Shown here piece by piece: positions 1 to 9,681 of a stretch of 64,000 bases of DNA (position 1 is the stretch's first letter; each line of letters begins with the position of its first letter). Under the pieces are notes generated by a model that searched no databases, had not been told where the DNA came from, and worked only from the letters and a program-made list of their open reading frames with translations. Made by a program: the position numbers and the translations under genes. The stretch is from Candidatus Multivoradales bacterium (lineage in GTDB: Bacteria; Acidobacteriota; Thermoanaerobaculia; Multivoradales; J023), in the NCBI GenBank assembly GCA_965248925.1, contig CBDFLE010000006.1, positions 1,056,001-1,120,000 of the forward strand. The letters are read 5' to 3'.

Positions 1-1036
1 AAGACACCTACATCTACACCGCCGACGAAGAGCGCCTGTGGACCTTCCACTGGCAGGGCTCCTTCGAGAGCCTGGTCGAGACCTGGACCGTCCGCGATCT
101 CGACGCCAAAGTGCTAACGATCTTCGAGAATCCCAAAGGCACCACCCCTTGGAGCTTTCTCAAGGATTACGTTTACCGCGGCGGCCAGCAGCTGGCCGCC
201 GACACCCACTTGGCTAGCCCTCGGTCGCGACAGCACTTCAGCCTTGACCACTTGGGCAGTGCCCGACTGACCACCGATCGCAACGGCACGCCGATCTTCA
301 GCCACAATTACTACCCCTATGGCGAAGAAGTAGGTGCCGCCTTCGACTCCGAGCAACTCAGGTTTACCGGCCATGAGCGGGACTTTGCTGGCGGGACCTA
401 TGATTTGGACTACATGCACGCTCGGCATTGCAGCCCGCAGTTGGGTCGGTTCTTGAGTGTGGATCCGATACTGTCATCCGACGTACAGAGTCCTCAAAGC
501 TGGAACCGCTTCGCCTACGCTTTAGGGAACCCACTAGCTTTCATAGATGAAGATGGTCTCGAAGTAACCTACTCCACTGAGAACCTGCGGAAGTTCTACG
601 AGAAAGCCGCTGCAAAGAACTCTCTAGCTGCCGCGACGTTGGAGCTGTTTTCGGGTGACCTGAACCTGGCAATCCGGGAGGTCTCGGGTAGCCTTGGGAC
701 AGCCGAAGGGCAACTTATAGCAGGGGAATTCGTGGCCACGTTGACCGATGTCTCTTACGATGGGAACATCGATGAGATGGATGCAAAAATTAAACAAGGA
801 GCAGCTGTTTTCTTTGACTCTACTCCAGAGTACGTCACTGGAGTGACGTACTCTAAAAACACAACGATAAGCCTAGTCAAGGCTGCTGATGCCCAAGCAA
901 AGCTTCATGAGTTGGGGCACGCCGATCAGTTTGCTAGAGACCGGTTGCAGTTCTTTAATGATTCCCACAAAGCAACAAGGTCTAATAGGGCGCGCAACAA
1001 ACAGCCTGGCGAAATGTACGCGACCAAGTACTCTAA
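1..1036 (+). CDS. Rhs-family polymorphic toxin, 3' part (5'-partial); toxin tip with HExxH motif, interrupted by IS at 1037
   Basis: Frame open from base 3 (DTYIYTADEERLW...). Rhs core motifs DHLGS, YYPYGE, FTGHERD, YMHAR...GRFLSVDP, NPLAFIDEDGL, followed by a lower-GC tip containing LHELGH. The ORF-track stop at 1109 lies inside the IS. Confidence 0.9.
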
Positions 1037-2567
1037 CTCTACTTTGTCAGATTCCCAGAGCCGGGAAATGTCCCGTCTCGCGCCCGTCGTTTCTGGTAAG
1101 CAGACCTAGTAGCAGCCTGTCGTCGCTGATGTCGTTGTTCCATGAGATGTAGCACTTCATCAAGGCCAACATCCCGTCTTGGTAGGACCTTGGCCAACAA
1201 GATCTTGAGGTCAGTACAGCTGAGCAAAGGGTGGGTCGATTGATGTTTCTGGCGTTGTTGAAGGAGAAAGAGCAGGGCCATCATGACCAGCGCCATGTGG
1301 TGATGCCAAGCCTTCCAGCTGCGGGCCTGGTACTCGGCCATTCCGGCCTCTCTCTTGGCGTCTTGAAAAGTGCGCTCGATCCAGTAGCGCTGACGCTGGA
1401 TCTGGGCGAGCCGGCCTGCCGGGGTCTCGGCGGGTGCATTGCTCAGGCTGTATTTCAGGCTCGCAGGATCGCTGGGATCGCGGGTCACCAACAGGTGCCA
1501 GCAGCGGGCCGAGGCTTCTCGGCCATCCCACAGCCAGACCATGCCTCGCATCACATCCAGGTGCAACTCGCCTTTCGTCGTATGACGAATCCACTGCCGC
1601 TTCCAAGCCGACTCCGGCCGTTGTGCCAACCAAGCATCCACTCGCATAGGTTTCATCTGGGTAACTCGTCGGCGAGAACGTCCCGACGGCGAAGTCGGAA
1701 TCTTCGGCTTCGGGTCTTCGGCGTAGATGCGTTGATCGCGATGGATATCGATGACGAAGACTTCGCCCGCGTCGTCCAGGCCCCGAAGAAATGCTGGGTT
1801 GTTCCCATAACCACCATCAGCGGCAACCCAACGAAAGCGAAGGCCCTGAGCCCGCGCTCTGTGGACCATCTCAAGAGCCAATTCCGGCTTGGTTTGAAAC
1901 GTTCGTGCCGATTCCGGAACACCCGCTTGACGGCAGCGCTTCGGCGAGTTGGTCCACTCGCGGGGCAGGTACAACCGGGCATCGATCAAGGACGCGCGAT
2001 TGCCGTGACCGAGGCTGGCGAAAACGCCCACCTGACAGCTGTCGGTCTTGCCCCGAGTTCCGCACCATTGCCGGGCCACTCCGACAGATTTCTTCCCCTT
2101 CTTCGGGAAACTCGACTCGTCGATAACCAGGCACGAATCCAGGGTGCCGCCCAGCTCGGCATCGACTCCCGCAGCAACCTGGTCCATAACCTTTTGACTC
2201 TCCCAGTCCGACACCGACAGGAAGTGATGCAAAGCTTGGGAATCGGAATCGGGGACAACTTCAGCCATTTGCAGCATGGTAGCGCATCGCGCCTGCATCA
2301 GGCCGCAAAGATACTGCCCCGCCTGCGGCAGCACACTGCGTGTAAAGCGAGAGAAACAAAGGGCAAAGCCCTGGGCAAAATCCCAGAACTCGCGCCCCAG
2401 ATTTTGGTAGGAAACTGGGGCATCGCTGATCTCCGAACGACTAGGGAACTGGGGGCTCAAGCTGAGCCATGAGTTCCTCCACGGGTTTAGTGACGGCCTT
2501 CATCGGGGCCGACAATACAGGATAAAGCCCTTGTCGTCAACAATTTAAGTAATCTGACAAAGTAGAA
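1037..2567 (-). mobile_element. IS701-family insertion sequence, 1531 bp, with 17-bp terminal inverted repeats and a 4-bp CTAA target duplication
   Basis: CTCTACTTTGTCAGATT at 1037-1053 vs AATCTGACAAAGTAGAA at 2551-2567 (1 mismatch); CTAA at 1033-1036 and 2568-2571. Confidence 0.92.
1039..2460 (-). CDS. IS701-family DDE transposase (start codon uncertain)
   Basis: Motifs IDESSFPKKGKKSVGVARQWCG..GK..SCQVGV, LYLPREW, ADGGYG, RYWIERTFQDAKREAG, WHHH. Confidence 0.93.
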   Translation of the reverse strand: MSPQFPSRSEISDAPVSYQNLGREFWDFAQGFALCFSRFTRSVLPQAGQYLCGLMQARCATMLQMAEVVPDSDSQALHHFLSVSDWESQKVMDQVAAGVDAELGGTLDSCLVIDESSFPKKGKKSVGVARQWCGTRGKTDSCQVGVFASLGHGNRASLIDARLYLPREWTNSPKRCRQAGVPESARTFQTKPELALEMVHRARAQGLRFRWVAADGGYGNNPAFLRGLDDAGEVFVIDIHRDQRIYAEDPKPKIPTSPSGRSRRRVTQMKPMRVDAWLAQRPESAWKRQWIRHTTKGELHLDVMRGMVWLWDGREASARCWHLLVTRDPSDPASLKYSLSNAPAETPAGRLAQIQRQRYWIERTFQDAKREAGMAEYQARSWKAWHHHMALVMMALLFLLQQRQKHQSTHPLLSCTDLKILLAKVLPRRDVGLDEVLHLMEQRHQRRQAATRSAYQKRRARDGTFPGSGNLTK

Positions 2568-2571
2568 CTAA

Positions 2572-2638
2572 GAATGCTGCAAAGCGTGATAAATCTAGAA
2601 AGGGCAAGAAGGCCAAGAAAAAGAAGGGGGATGGGTAA
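2572..2638 (+). pseudogene. Displaced native 3' end of the Rhs toxin (Lys-rich tail)
   Basis: Removing the IS and one CTAA copy restores the frame: ...TKYSK-NAAKRDKSRKGKKAKKKKGDG*, stop TAA at 2636-2638. Confidence 0.8.
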
Positions 2639-2751
2639 CGACACGGAACTTCTTCTGGTTTAGCGTGTTCTGTTGAGCTGCTTGGATCGATTGCATGCAG
2701 GCGAAGGTGATTTGCCAGGAGCTACAAGTAACGGCAATAAGGTGGTTAACG

Positions 2752-3279
2752 ATGCGAAACTACATCAATGTTCTTCTTTTTACTACAGTGCTACTAGTGA
2801 GTCCATTGACGGCAACGTCCGTCATTCGCGATGATCTCGTAGAGATAACAGAGGCTACGTTCAGATTCAGCGCCCACCTGAGTTTCGGCGCTGACGATGA
2901 ACTCAAACCACTGGCACGGAAACTGGATTTGGCCGGAAACGGAGGGCGATTCGAAAAACAGCTGAAAAAATGCGGCGTAACAGTGATTGATGGCGGAGGT
3001 AGTGGTTCAATTCATGTTGATGTCTACTTATGGCCCAGAGAACGTGCCGGCGCGGAAGACGATCGAGTATTGGTTTCCGTCAGTGTCTACGTGACGCGAA
3101 AGGGGTTTGTTGAAAGGGACGCCGGGACAGACCCAGCCTACATCGAGATCTGGAGTCAGTTGAACATCTTTGAACTCGCTAGAGGAGATGTTATCTCCAC
3201 CGTCCTCGGCGAAACTGAAGATTGGCTCGGCATGCTGTGCTCACAAATTAGAGCTGCCAGGGACTATGTCCAACGATAG
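2752..3279 (+). CDS. Putative exported immunity protein for the first Rhs toxin
   Basis: Directly downstream of the restored toxin end; low GC; ATG 2752 follows AAGGTGG; signal-peptide-like MRNYINVLLFTTVLLVSPLTA. Confidence 0.6.
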   Translation: MRNYINVLLFTTVLLVSPLTATSVIRDDLVEITEATFRFSAHLSFGADDELKPLARKLDLAGNGGRFEKQLKKCGVTVIDGGGSGSIHVDVYLWPRERAGAEDDRVLVSVSVYVTRKGFVERDAGTDPAYIEIWSQLNIFELARGDVISTVLGETEDWLGMLCSQIRAARDYVQR

Positions 3280-3482
3280 TAGTGCGTAGAATCGGGGGTT
3301 CGCTAGTGGGACTCCCGACTCTCAGCAGTCGCCGGTCTGGCGGGGCATGGAAATCTTCCGAAGAAGACAGCCTCGCACCCACTGGGAAACGCCCCGCCTC
3401 CCTCACAGCCCGCCGGCTAAGACGGCAACGGGTTTGCGCCTTCTTCGTTGTCGTCAATGCAAGAAGCAGCTGCCTGAAAGGA

Positions 3483-4187
3483 GATCTCGACTACATGCAT
3501 GCCCGGCATTGCAGTCCGCAGTTGGGGCGGTTCTTGAGTGTGGATCCAGCGGTGGGCAGCCGACTCTCCCCGCAAAGCTGGAATCGCTTTGCCTACGTGA
3601 CCAACAATCCGCTGAACTTCACCGACCCCTTCGGACTCCTCCCCTGTGGAAGCTGGGAGTGCGATGGTGTTATCGATGTAGTCGCCGACTTGCCGTCGCC
3701 GAGCGAGTACCTGACGCCCTTCCAAGCCGGTATCGAGTACGAGCTGTTCAAGCGCGAATTTCAGGCACGAAAGAACGGCGACTACCGAGATCCCAACCTG
3801 GCGATCATTCGCGCGGTTGCGGATCAGACGCGGTTCATTGCAGATATCGCCGAGACTGCCACAAGCCTGGTAGTCCCGACTAGTACCGCGGAGCTAGGAA
3901 CCGAGCCGGTGTTTGCGATAATCCCGGGGCCGGTTGACAACATCCTTGGGAGGGCGGCCAAAGGGGGGAGGGCGGCAAGGAAGGGGGTGAGGTCAGCTAA
4001 GCAAACCAAGCTCTCGATTAAGAGATCTGAAGAGGATTTACGTCGCAACAAAGAGTTTCGCCGCTGGTTTCACCGCGAATTCAAACCTAGCCAGAGACAT
4101 TCAAGAGGGCCTCGAAGAAATCCTGAACTCTCAGGAGAGCAGGTTCTTGAGGCTTATGACGAATGGCGGAAACTAGGAGGGCAATGA
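3483..4187 (+). CDS. Orphan Rhs C-terminal toxin module (short core remnant plus basic toxin tip, no proper start)
   Basis: DLDYMHARHCSPQLGRFLSVDP is identical in protein to the segment starting at 402; NPLNFTDPFGL core end; different tip ending FRRWFHREFK...EAYDEWRKLGGQ. Confidence 0.82.
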   Translation, partial: DLDYMHARHCSPQLGRFLSVDPAVGSRLSPQSWNRFAYVTNNPLNFTDPFGLLPCGSWECDGVIDVVADLPSPSEYLTPFQAGIEYELFKREFQARKNGDYRDPNLAIIRAVADQTRFIADIAETATSLVVPTSTAELGTEPVFAIIPGPVDNILGRAAKGGRAARKGVRSAKQTKLSIKRSEEDLRRNKEFRRWFHREFKPSQRHSRGPRRNPELSGEQVLEAYDEWRKLGGQ

Positions 4188-4576
4188 TGTATACGGTTAT
4201 CCGATTTACGTCAAACTCTGTGACGCAGAGTGTGTATGAGTGCATCGGATCGGAAGTGAATAGTGTTTTTCCCGGCGCTTACAACGGGCTGCGCCGGGCC
4301 GGTGACGGATTTGTTTGCGTCGTCTCCAGCTCCGACAGCTGGGCAGATCATCGTGCCGCAATCCTGGAGTTTATTCGTGCTGGCCGATTAGCAATATCGA
4401 ATGCACAGCACTTGAACGTTGATGTCAGTTTCGATGTTGCCATCGAGCCGGAGGATTTCTCCGAAACGAACGCCTTGTCAGTCTATGTCGATCCTGAGCT
4501 TAGCAAAGGTCTTACTATGATGGCCGTGTGTCTCGAACTCTCCGTCTATGGAGGTACTTCTGGTAACGACGGGTGA
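4184..4576 (+). CDS. Putative immunity protein (DUF4279-like) for the orphan Rhs tip
   Basis: ATGA overlap with the toxin stop; small, low-GC, acidic; C-terminal pattern VSFDVAI...LSVYVDPELSKGL..MAVCLELSVY. Confidence 0.65.
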   Translation: MMYTVIRFTSNSVTQSVYECIGSEVNSVFPGAYNGLRRAGDGFVCVVSSSDSWADHRAAILEFIRAGRLAISNAQHLNVDVSFDVAIEPEDFSETNALSVYVDPELSKGLTMMAVCLELSVYGGTSGNDG

Positions 4577-4841
4577 TACTCACGAACGTTGAGCTGCGTG
4601 ACAATTGTGTTACACCTCACCTCCGCCTCGATGGCCCCAATTATCGTGCCACACTCTTGGGCAAGAGCGCCGGTGAGGGCCGCTCTCCGGTCTTGAGAAT
4701 AGCGCGAACGTCGGTGCGCCGCTTGGCTTCATTGATCTCACCACTCGCGGCAGCAAGAGCGAGTCGGCGTGCCGGTCGCCGGGCCCGCCGAAGACTTCGT
4801 CGGCCGCGTCTTCTTCCTCAAGCTATTCGGCAACTAGGCTC

Positions 4842-5147
4842 TTGGCGCGCTCCGAGAACCGACCCGATCGCCTACCGGTCGAGCCGTTGGAGATGGCAAT
4901 CACCGACGTGCTCGACCTCCACTGCTTCCGCCCAAAAGAGATCGGCGACTTGGTCGAGGACTATCTGCGGCTAGCCTGGCAGCAAGGCTTGCGCCGGGTG
5001 CGGCTGATCCATGGCAAAGGCATCGGCGTACAACGCCGCCGCGTGCATGCCATCCTGGAACGCCATCCCCAGGTACTGGCCTGGGGCAATATGCCGCCCG
5101 AGACGGGGGGTTGGGGGGCGACTTGGGTGGAGCTGGGGGACGCCTGA
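4842..5147 (+). CDS. Smr/MutS2 C-terminal domain protein
   Basis: VLDLH, VRLIHGKGIG, GGWGATWVEL motifs. Confidence 0.9.
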   Translation: MARSENRPDRLPVEPLEMAITDVLDLHCFRPKEIGDLVEDYLRLAWQQGLRRVRLIHGKGIGVQRRRVHAILERHPQVLAWGNMPPETGGWGATWVELGDA

Positions 5148-5359
5148 AGAGCACACCACCGGTAGACCCAAAATAGACCCGACGGGTGCGGAAAATGACT
5201 TGACTGCGCATAGCCATATGCGTACGCTTCGCCGGTCAGTTGATTCGCATTTTTTTATTGAGAGTCTTTTCGTCACATTTGATCATTTATGTTCTGGGCG
5301 GGTTTTTGAAGCCGTCCACTGGGGAAGTCCCGCACACTTTTTCTTTTGGAGGCTATCCA

Positions 5360-5713
5360 ATGAAGCAACTCACCATTTTCTGCTTCTCTATCGCCTTGGC
5401 TCTAATGCCCGTAGCCGCGTTCGGCCAAGCAGCGGTCAACATCGTCTATCCGATCGACGGTAGTACCTACCCGATTGTCGATATCACGCCCATCGGCGTG
5501 GTCAGCTCGACCTACTTCACCTCCAGCTTCAGCACCACTTGCCCAGGTGGCCAGAACACAGTCAGGTGGGGTTTTGATGGCAACTCGACAGGCTCGGCTA
5601 CTTTCTATGATCAGTTCAGTGCCCAGTTTGTTCACAAGCTGGCTGCTGGCGTTCACACCTTCGATGTCGTCAGCTCCTGCGGCTCCGAGACGGTTACCTT
5701 CAGGATCGGCTGA
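5360..5713 (+). CDS. Small secreted beta-rich hypothetical protein (117 aa)
   Basis: GGAGG RBS before ATG 5360; signal peptide ending AAFG/QA; two Cys in the mature part; 9-bp hairpin 5726-5754 downstream. Confidence 0.72.
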   Translation: MKQLTIFCFSIALALMPVAAFGQAAVNIVYPIDGSTYPIVDITPIGVVSSTYFTSSFSTTCPGGQNTVRWGFDGNSTGSATFYDQFSAQFVHKLAAGVHTFDVVSSCGSETVTFRIG

Positions 5714-5875
5714 TAGTAACCTGCCGTGGCGGCATCCTGAAGGGTTGCCGCCACCCGCGGCCGATCCAGCCAACTCGCTGCAGCTAATAGGTGGATCTCC
5801 GGCCGCGGTTGAACGAGTCAGCAACTCGCGCTCGTTGGCAGCCTGACTCTCGACCCCGGCTGCTACTCTAGTCGG

Positions 5876-7690
5876 GTGAAGCCCTCCACTCACCTACTGC
5901 CGCGCTTTGCCCGGCGGGCGCTGGCCATCGGCTGGCGAAGACTACTGCGACCGGCGGTGGACCTGGTCTGGGATGAACGCTATAACGCCGCTTTTCCTGA
6001 TCTACCCAACGACCCTCTAAGGGCCGATCGCATCCTCGCCTTTCTAGCCTCCGAAGGTCTGGTACTGCGGCGCTGTGTGCATCCTCCGCGTGCTGCCTCG
6101 ATCAACGACCTCGAACGCCTGCACGGCCAGGGCTATCTCGACCGGGTGCAAGACACCGGCGCGCTGACCTCGATCATGGGCAGCGAGATCAACCACGGCC
6201 AAGTCGATCGCATCTTGGATCTGCAACGGCTGATGGTCGGCGGCACCCAGCTGGCAACTAGCTTGGCACTACGCAACCGAGCTCTGGCGGTGAACCTAGG
6301 AGGAGGCTTGCACCACGCTCACCGGAGTTCCGGCAGTGGTTTCTGTGTCTTCAATGATGTCGCGGTGGCCATCGAAGCACGGCGGGCCAAAGGCTGGCAC
6401 GGCCGGGTCCTGGTGGTCGACCTCGACCTGCACGATGGCGACGGCACCCGAGCCATCTATCGCCAGGACCCGGAGGTCTACACTTTCTCCATCCACGCTC
6501 GCCATTGGGGTGACACCGAGGCGCTGGCTTCGACCAGCATCGAACTCGGCTCCAAAGTCGACGACGCCACCTATCTCGACGCCATCCGCCGCCATCTGCC
6601 GGCGATCTTCGAGCACCATCGACCCGAACTGGTGTTCTATCTGGCAGGCTGCGACCCGGCCAAGGACGATACTCTGGGTGATTGGCGCATCTCGCCAGCC
6701 GCGATGCTCGAACGCGACCAATACGTCGATCGTCTGACCCGCCAAGGCCGTCGCCGCCTGCCGACCGTCTTGCTGCCCGCCGGCGGCTACGGCCACCAGG
6801 CTTGGCGCTATAGCGCCCGCTTTCTCAGTGGGCTGCTGCGCTTCGGCGGACCCCTCGAACCTCCTACGAGCGAGCACATCGCCCTCAAACGCTACCGTTA
6901 CTTGCAGCGGCTGCTGCGCCGTGAACGCTCCAGTACTCAGACCGACGACTTCAATCTGCGGGCCGAGGATCTGGTGCTTCCCGGCTGGGGGATGCAGCCG
7001 GAGACCCGGCTGCTGGGACACTACACGCGCATGGCGCTGGAGCTTACCCTCGAGCGCAGTGGCTTGATCGACCGCTTGCGTGACCTGGGCTATGCGGCTC
7101 CAGATCTAGAACTCGATCTGCACGACCCTGCCGGCCAAACGGTGCGGATGTGGGACGGCCCCGATCACCACGAGGTGCTGGCCGAGCTTCGGCTGAATCG
7201 CGATCGCCGAAGTTTGACCGGTTTCGAACTGCTGTCGATCGACTGGTTGCTACTGCAGAACCCGCGCGGACAATTCGCAGAGGGCCTCGGGGCCCTCCCC
7301 GGCCAGACCCATCCCGGACTCGGAGTGGTCGCCGATGTAGTCGCCATGCTGGCCCTGGCTGGTGAGCAGTTGCATCTGGACGGACTGATATTCGTCCCTT
7401 CGCAGCTACATGTGGCGAAGCTCGGGCATGGCCACATGCATTTTCTCGAAGCCGCTGCTGAACAACGCTTCAAAGCCCTGCTCGAGGTCCTCGGTGACCT
7501 GTCCACGGCAGCGGCCACTCGGGCTCTTGCCAACGGTAGAGTGATCGACCAGAGCAGCGGCGAGGCGGTTCGCTGGCAGCCGACGGCGATGGTCTTGCCG
7601 ATCAGCAAGAAGCTGCGCCATTTTCTTTCTGCCCGGCCCCCGGTGGCGCTACCCTCACCACCCGCTTTTCGACTCCTCGACAAGGCCTGA
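5876..7690 (+). CDS. Histone deacetylase-family (Zn-dependent) protein with extra C-terminal domain
   Basis: GGGLHHA..SGSGFCVFND, DLDLHDGDGT, GCDP..DDTLG, GGYG motifs; about 270 additional C-terminal residues. Confidence 0.9.
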   Translation: MKPSTHLLPRFARRALAIGWRRLLRPAVDLVWDERYNAAFPDLPNDPLRADRILAFLASEGLVLRRCVHPPRAASINDLERLHGQGYLDRVQDTGALTSIMGSEINHGQVDRILDLQRLMVGGTQLATSLALRNRALAVNLGGGLHHAHRSSGSGFCVFNDVAVAIEARRAKGWHGRVLVVDLDLHDGDGTRAIYRQDPEVYTFSIHARHWGDTEALASTSIELGSKVDDATYLDAIRRHLPAIFEHHRPELVFYLAGCDPAKDDTLGDWRISPAAMLERDQYVDRLTRQGRRRLPTVLLPAGGYGHQAWRYSARFLSGLLRFGGPLEPPTSEHIALKRYRYLQRLLRRERSSTQTDDFNLRAEDLVLPGWGMQPETRLLGHYTRMALELTLERSGLIDRLRDLGYAAPDLELDLHDPAGQTVRMWDGPDHHEVLAELRLNRDRRSLTGFELLSIDWLLLQNPRGQFAEGLGALPGQTHPGLGVVADVVAMLALAGEQLHLDGLIFVPSQLHVAKLGHGHMHFLEAAAEQRFKALLEVLGDLSTAAATRALANGRVIDQSSGEAVRWQPTAMVLPISKKLRHFLSARPPVALPSPPAFRLLDKA

Positions 7691-7695
7691 AGTCT

Positions 7696-9681
7696 ATGTT
7701 CGAAAGACTGCGCGACTCACGATCCACAGCTCTCGAAGCGGCAGCCTTTTTCGCCCTGACACTGGCCTTGGCGGCTACCTTCTACGCCCGCCATCCAGTG
7801 CCCTATGACTCCGACACCTACTTTCACCTAGCCATCGCCCGCCTCTATGCCGCAGAAGGCTTCCTGGATCAGCTGCCCTGGCTGCGCTACAGCCTGCTGC
7901 GCGACGGCTTCGGCGACAAAGAGCTCGGTTTTCACGTTTTGCTGGCACCCTTCGCCAGTCTCTCCGATCCACTGGTCGGCAGCCGCTGGGCGTTGGCCCT
8001 GCTGAGCGCCGCCTTGGCCACCACCGTGGGTTGGCTGGCCCGCACCGCGATCGGCCCTTGGGGTTGGGCCGTGGCTTTATGGTTGCCCTGGGCCTCGACC
8101 GAGCTGAGCTGGCGACTGGTGCGCCTGCGGCCCGAACTTTTGGCCTTGCTGCTGATCTTGCTGGCCTTGCGCGCCGCGGCGCTCGAACGCTACCGCTGGG
8201 TCGGCGTCTGGGGCCTGGTCTTCGCCCTCTGCTACACCGCGGTGCACGCTTATGTCGGCTTGTTCGGGCTGATTTTCCTGTGGCTCGGCTGGGCGCGCCG
8301 AGACTGGCAGTGGCGGCTGGCCCTCTACCCATGTCTGGGGGCCGGACTGGGTCTGCTGCTGCACCCTAACTTCCCCAAGAATCTGGAAGTGTGGGCGGTG
8401 CAGAACGTCCAGTTTTTCTTTCACAAAGGACAACTCGATGTGGGCACTGAGATCCGCCCCAACACCACCGATGTGACCCTGTTGGTCAACCTCGGTTGGA
8501 TGCTCGGCCTGGCTCTGCTGTGGCGAGCCAGCCGACGGCACGGCGAAGTGCCGAAAGCGGCTCGGCGGCAAGCCGACTTGCTGGGAGTGGCGGGGGTGGT
8601 GTTCGCGGCTCTCTATCTGTTGATGGCAAGATTCTCGATCTATGCCGTACCGCTGCTGACTCTGTGGCTACTGTGGGAACTAGCCGCCCGCGGCCGACGG
8701 CCTAGCGCCAGGGTGCGATTACCAGGCCGCCGCTACCTGCCGGCTTGGCTCGCGGTGGGCCTGTGTTTGCTGGTCAGCTTGCCCGAGGCTCGACGCCAAC
8801 TGGCCAACTTCGATCAGCGCACCGACCCCGGCCCCGGCGGCTCTCGCCTGGCCGACCGCCAGGCTTTTGCCGATGCACTGCCTGCTGGCGCGCGGGTCAT
8901 CGCGCCGTGGGGGCAGACGGCTATCTACTCCCTCTGGGCGCCCCACGGGCTTTACACCAATGTGTTGGAGCCGGCCTTCATGGCGGTGCCTGAACCCGGC
9001 GCTTACCGCATCCAACGAGCGATTCTCGATGGCACCCTGACCGATATTCCTCTCGCTGCCGCTGAGCACTTGGACAGCGAGTACCTCGCTCTGGCGATAC
9101 CTCGTACCGCACCGCTGCTCACCGATCGCCTGGCGGCGGACCCGCGGATCGAGACCTTGCACCGCGGCAGCAACTGGCTGCTGCGCTTCAGCCCGCCGCC
9201 AGCAGCCAGCTTCGTGCGCGATTGGCGCTTGCTGCCAGCAGATCTAGCGCCACCCAACGGCAGCGGGCTCGACGCCTACACCCTGGCTCCATACCCTCGC
9301 CATCCCCAGCCCGAGCTGGCGCAGCTTGAAGCCTACATCGATGCCCAGCGAGTCGTACCCCCAGGCAGCTGCGCCGCCTTCGCCCGGCGACTCGAAGTCG
9401 ACCAAGCCGTGCGGATCGACTACGAAATAGCGCCATCCGGTCCCACGGTGATGTGGCTCGACGGAGTGCAATTGATCGAACTCCGGGTGGGAGTCGACGC
9501 TGTCCTCGGCCGCGGGCCGCATCTAGAATTGCGGCTTTCCCCCGGCAGCCATTGGCTGGAGGTGTTGACCTGCCCCGCTGCCGGCGACCCACAGAGCGGC
9601 TTCTATCTGCTCGCCCATGGCCGCACCTTGGCGCCGCCTACGGACCGCCCGGTCGAGGCCGGCGACCCGCGGCACCGATGA
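7696..9681 (+). CDS. Polytopic membrane protein, possible GT-C-type glycosyltransferase, with soluble C-terminal beta domain
   Basis: About 11 hydrophobic segments; DSDTYFH acidic motif after the first TM helix; soluble C-terminal half. Confidence 0.55.
   Translation: MFERLRDSRSTALEAAAFFALTLALAATFYARHPVPYDSDTYFHLAIARLYAAEGFLDQLPWLRYSLLRDGFGDKELGFHVLLAPFASLSDPLVGSRWALALLSAALATTVGWLARTAIGPWGWAVALWLPWASTELSWRLVRLRPELLALLLILLALRAAALERYRWVGVWGLVFALCYTAVHAYVGLFGLIFLWLGWARRDWQWRLALYPCLGAGLGLLLHPNFPKNLEVWAVQNVQFFFHKGQLDVGTEIRPNTTDVTLLVNLGWMLGLALLWRASRRHGEVPKAARRQADLLGVAGVVFAALYLLMARFSIYAVPLLTLWLLWELAARGRRPSARVRLPGRRYLPAWLAVGLCLLVSLPEARRQLANFDQRTDPGPGGSRLADRQAFADALPAGARVIAPWGQTAIYSLWAPHGLYTNVLEPAFMAVPEPGAYRIQRAILDGTLTDIPLAAAEHLDSEYLALAIPRTAPLLTDRLAADPRIETLHRGSNWLLRFSPPPAASFVRDWRLLPADLAPPNGSGLDAYTLAPYPRHPQPELAQLEAYIDAQRVVPPGSCAAFARRLEVDQAVRIDYEIAPSGPTVMWLDGVQLIELRVGVDAVLGRGPHLELRLSPGSHWLEVLTCPAAGDPQSGFYLLAHGRTLAPPTDRPVEAGDPRHR

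Noticed and set aside
1231-2472. 413-aa ORF on the + strand inside the IS
   Set aside because: Antisense shadow of the IS701 transposase; no motifs.
3370-3450. Cobalamin or c-di-GMP riboswitch (CCACTGGGAA; CTAAGACGGC...GGGTTTGC)
   Set aside because: Only isolated sub-motifs; the other conserved elements and a suitable downstream gene are missing.
4573-4974. 133-aa Arg-rich ORF
   Set aside because: Low-complexity, overlaps the Smr gene out of frame, no motif.
5294-5311. Sigma-54 promoter upstream of the 5360 gene
   Set aside because: GG-N10-GA rather than GC, and a poor -24 box.
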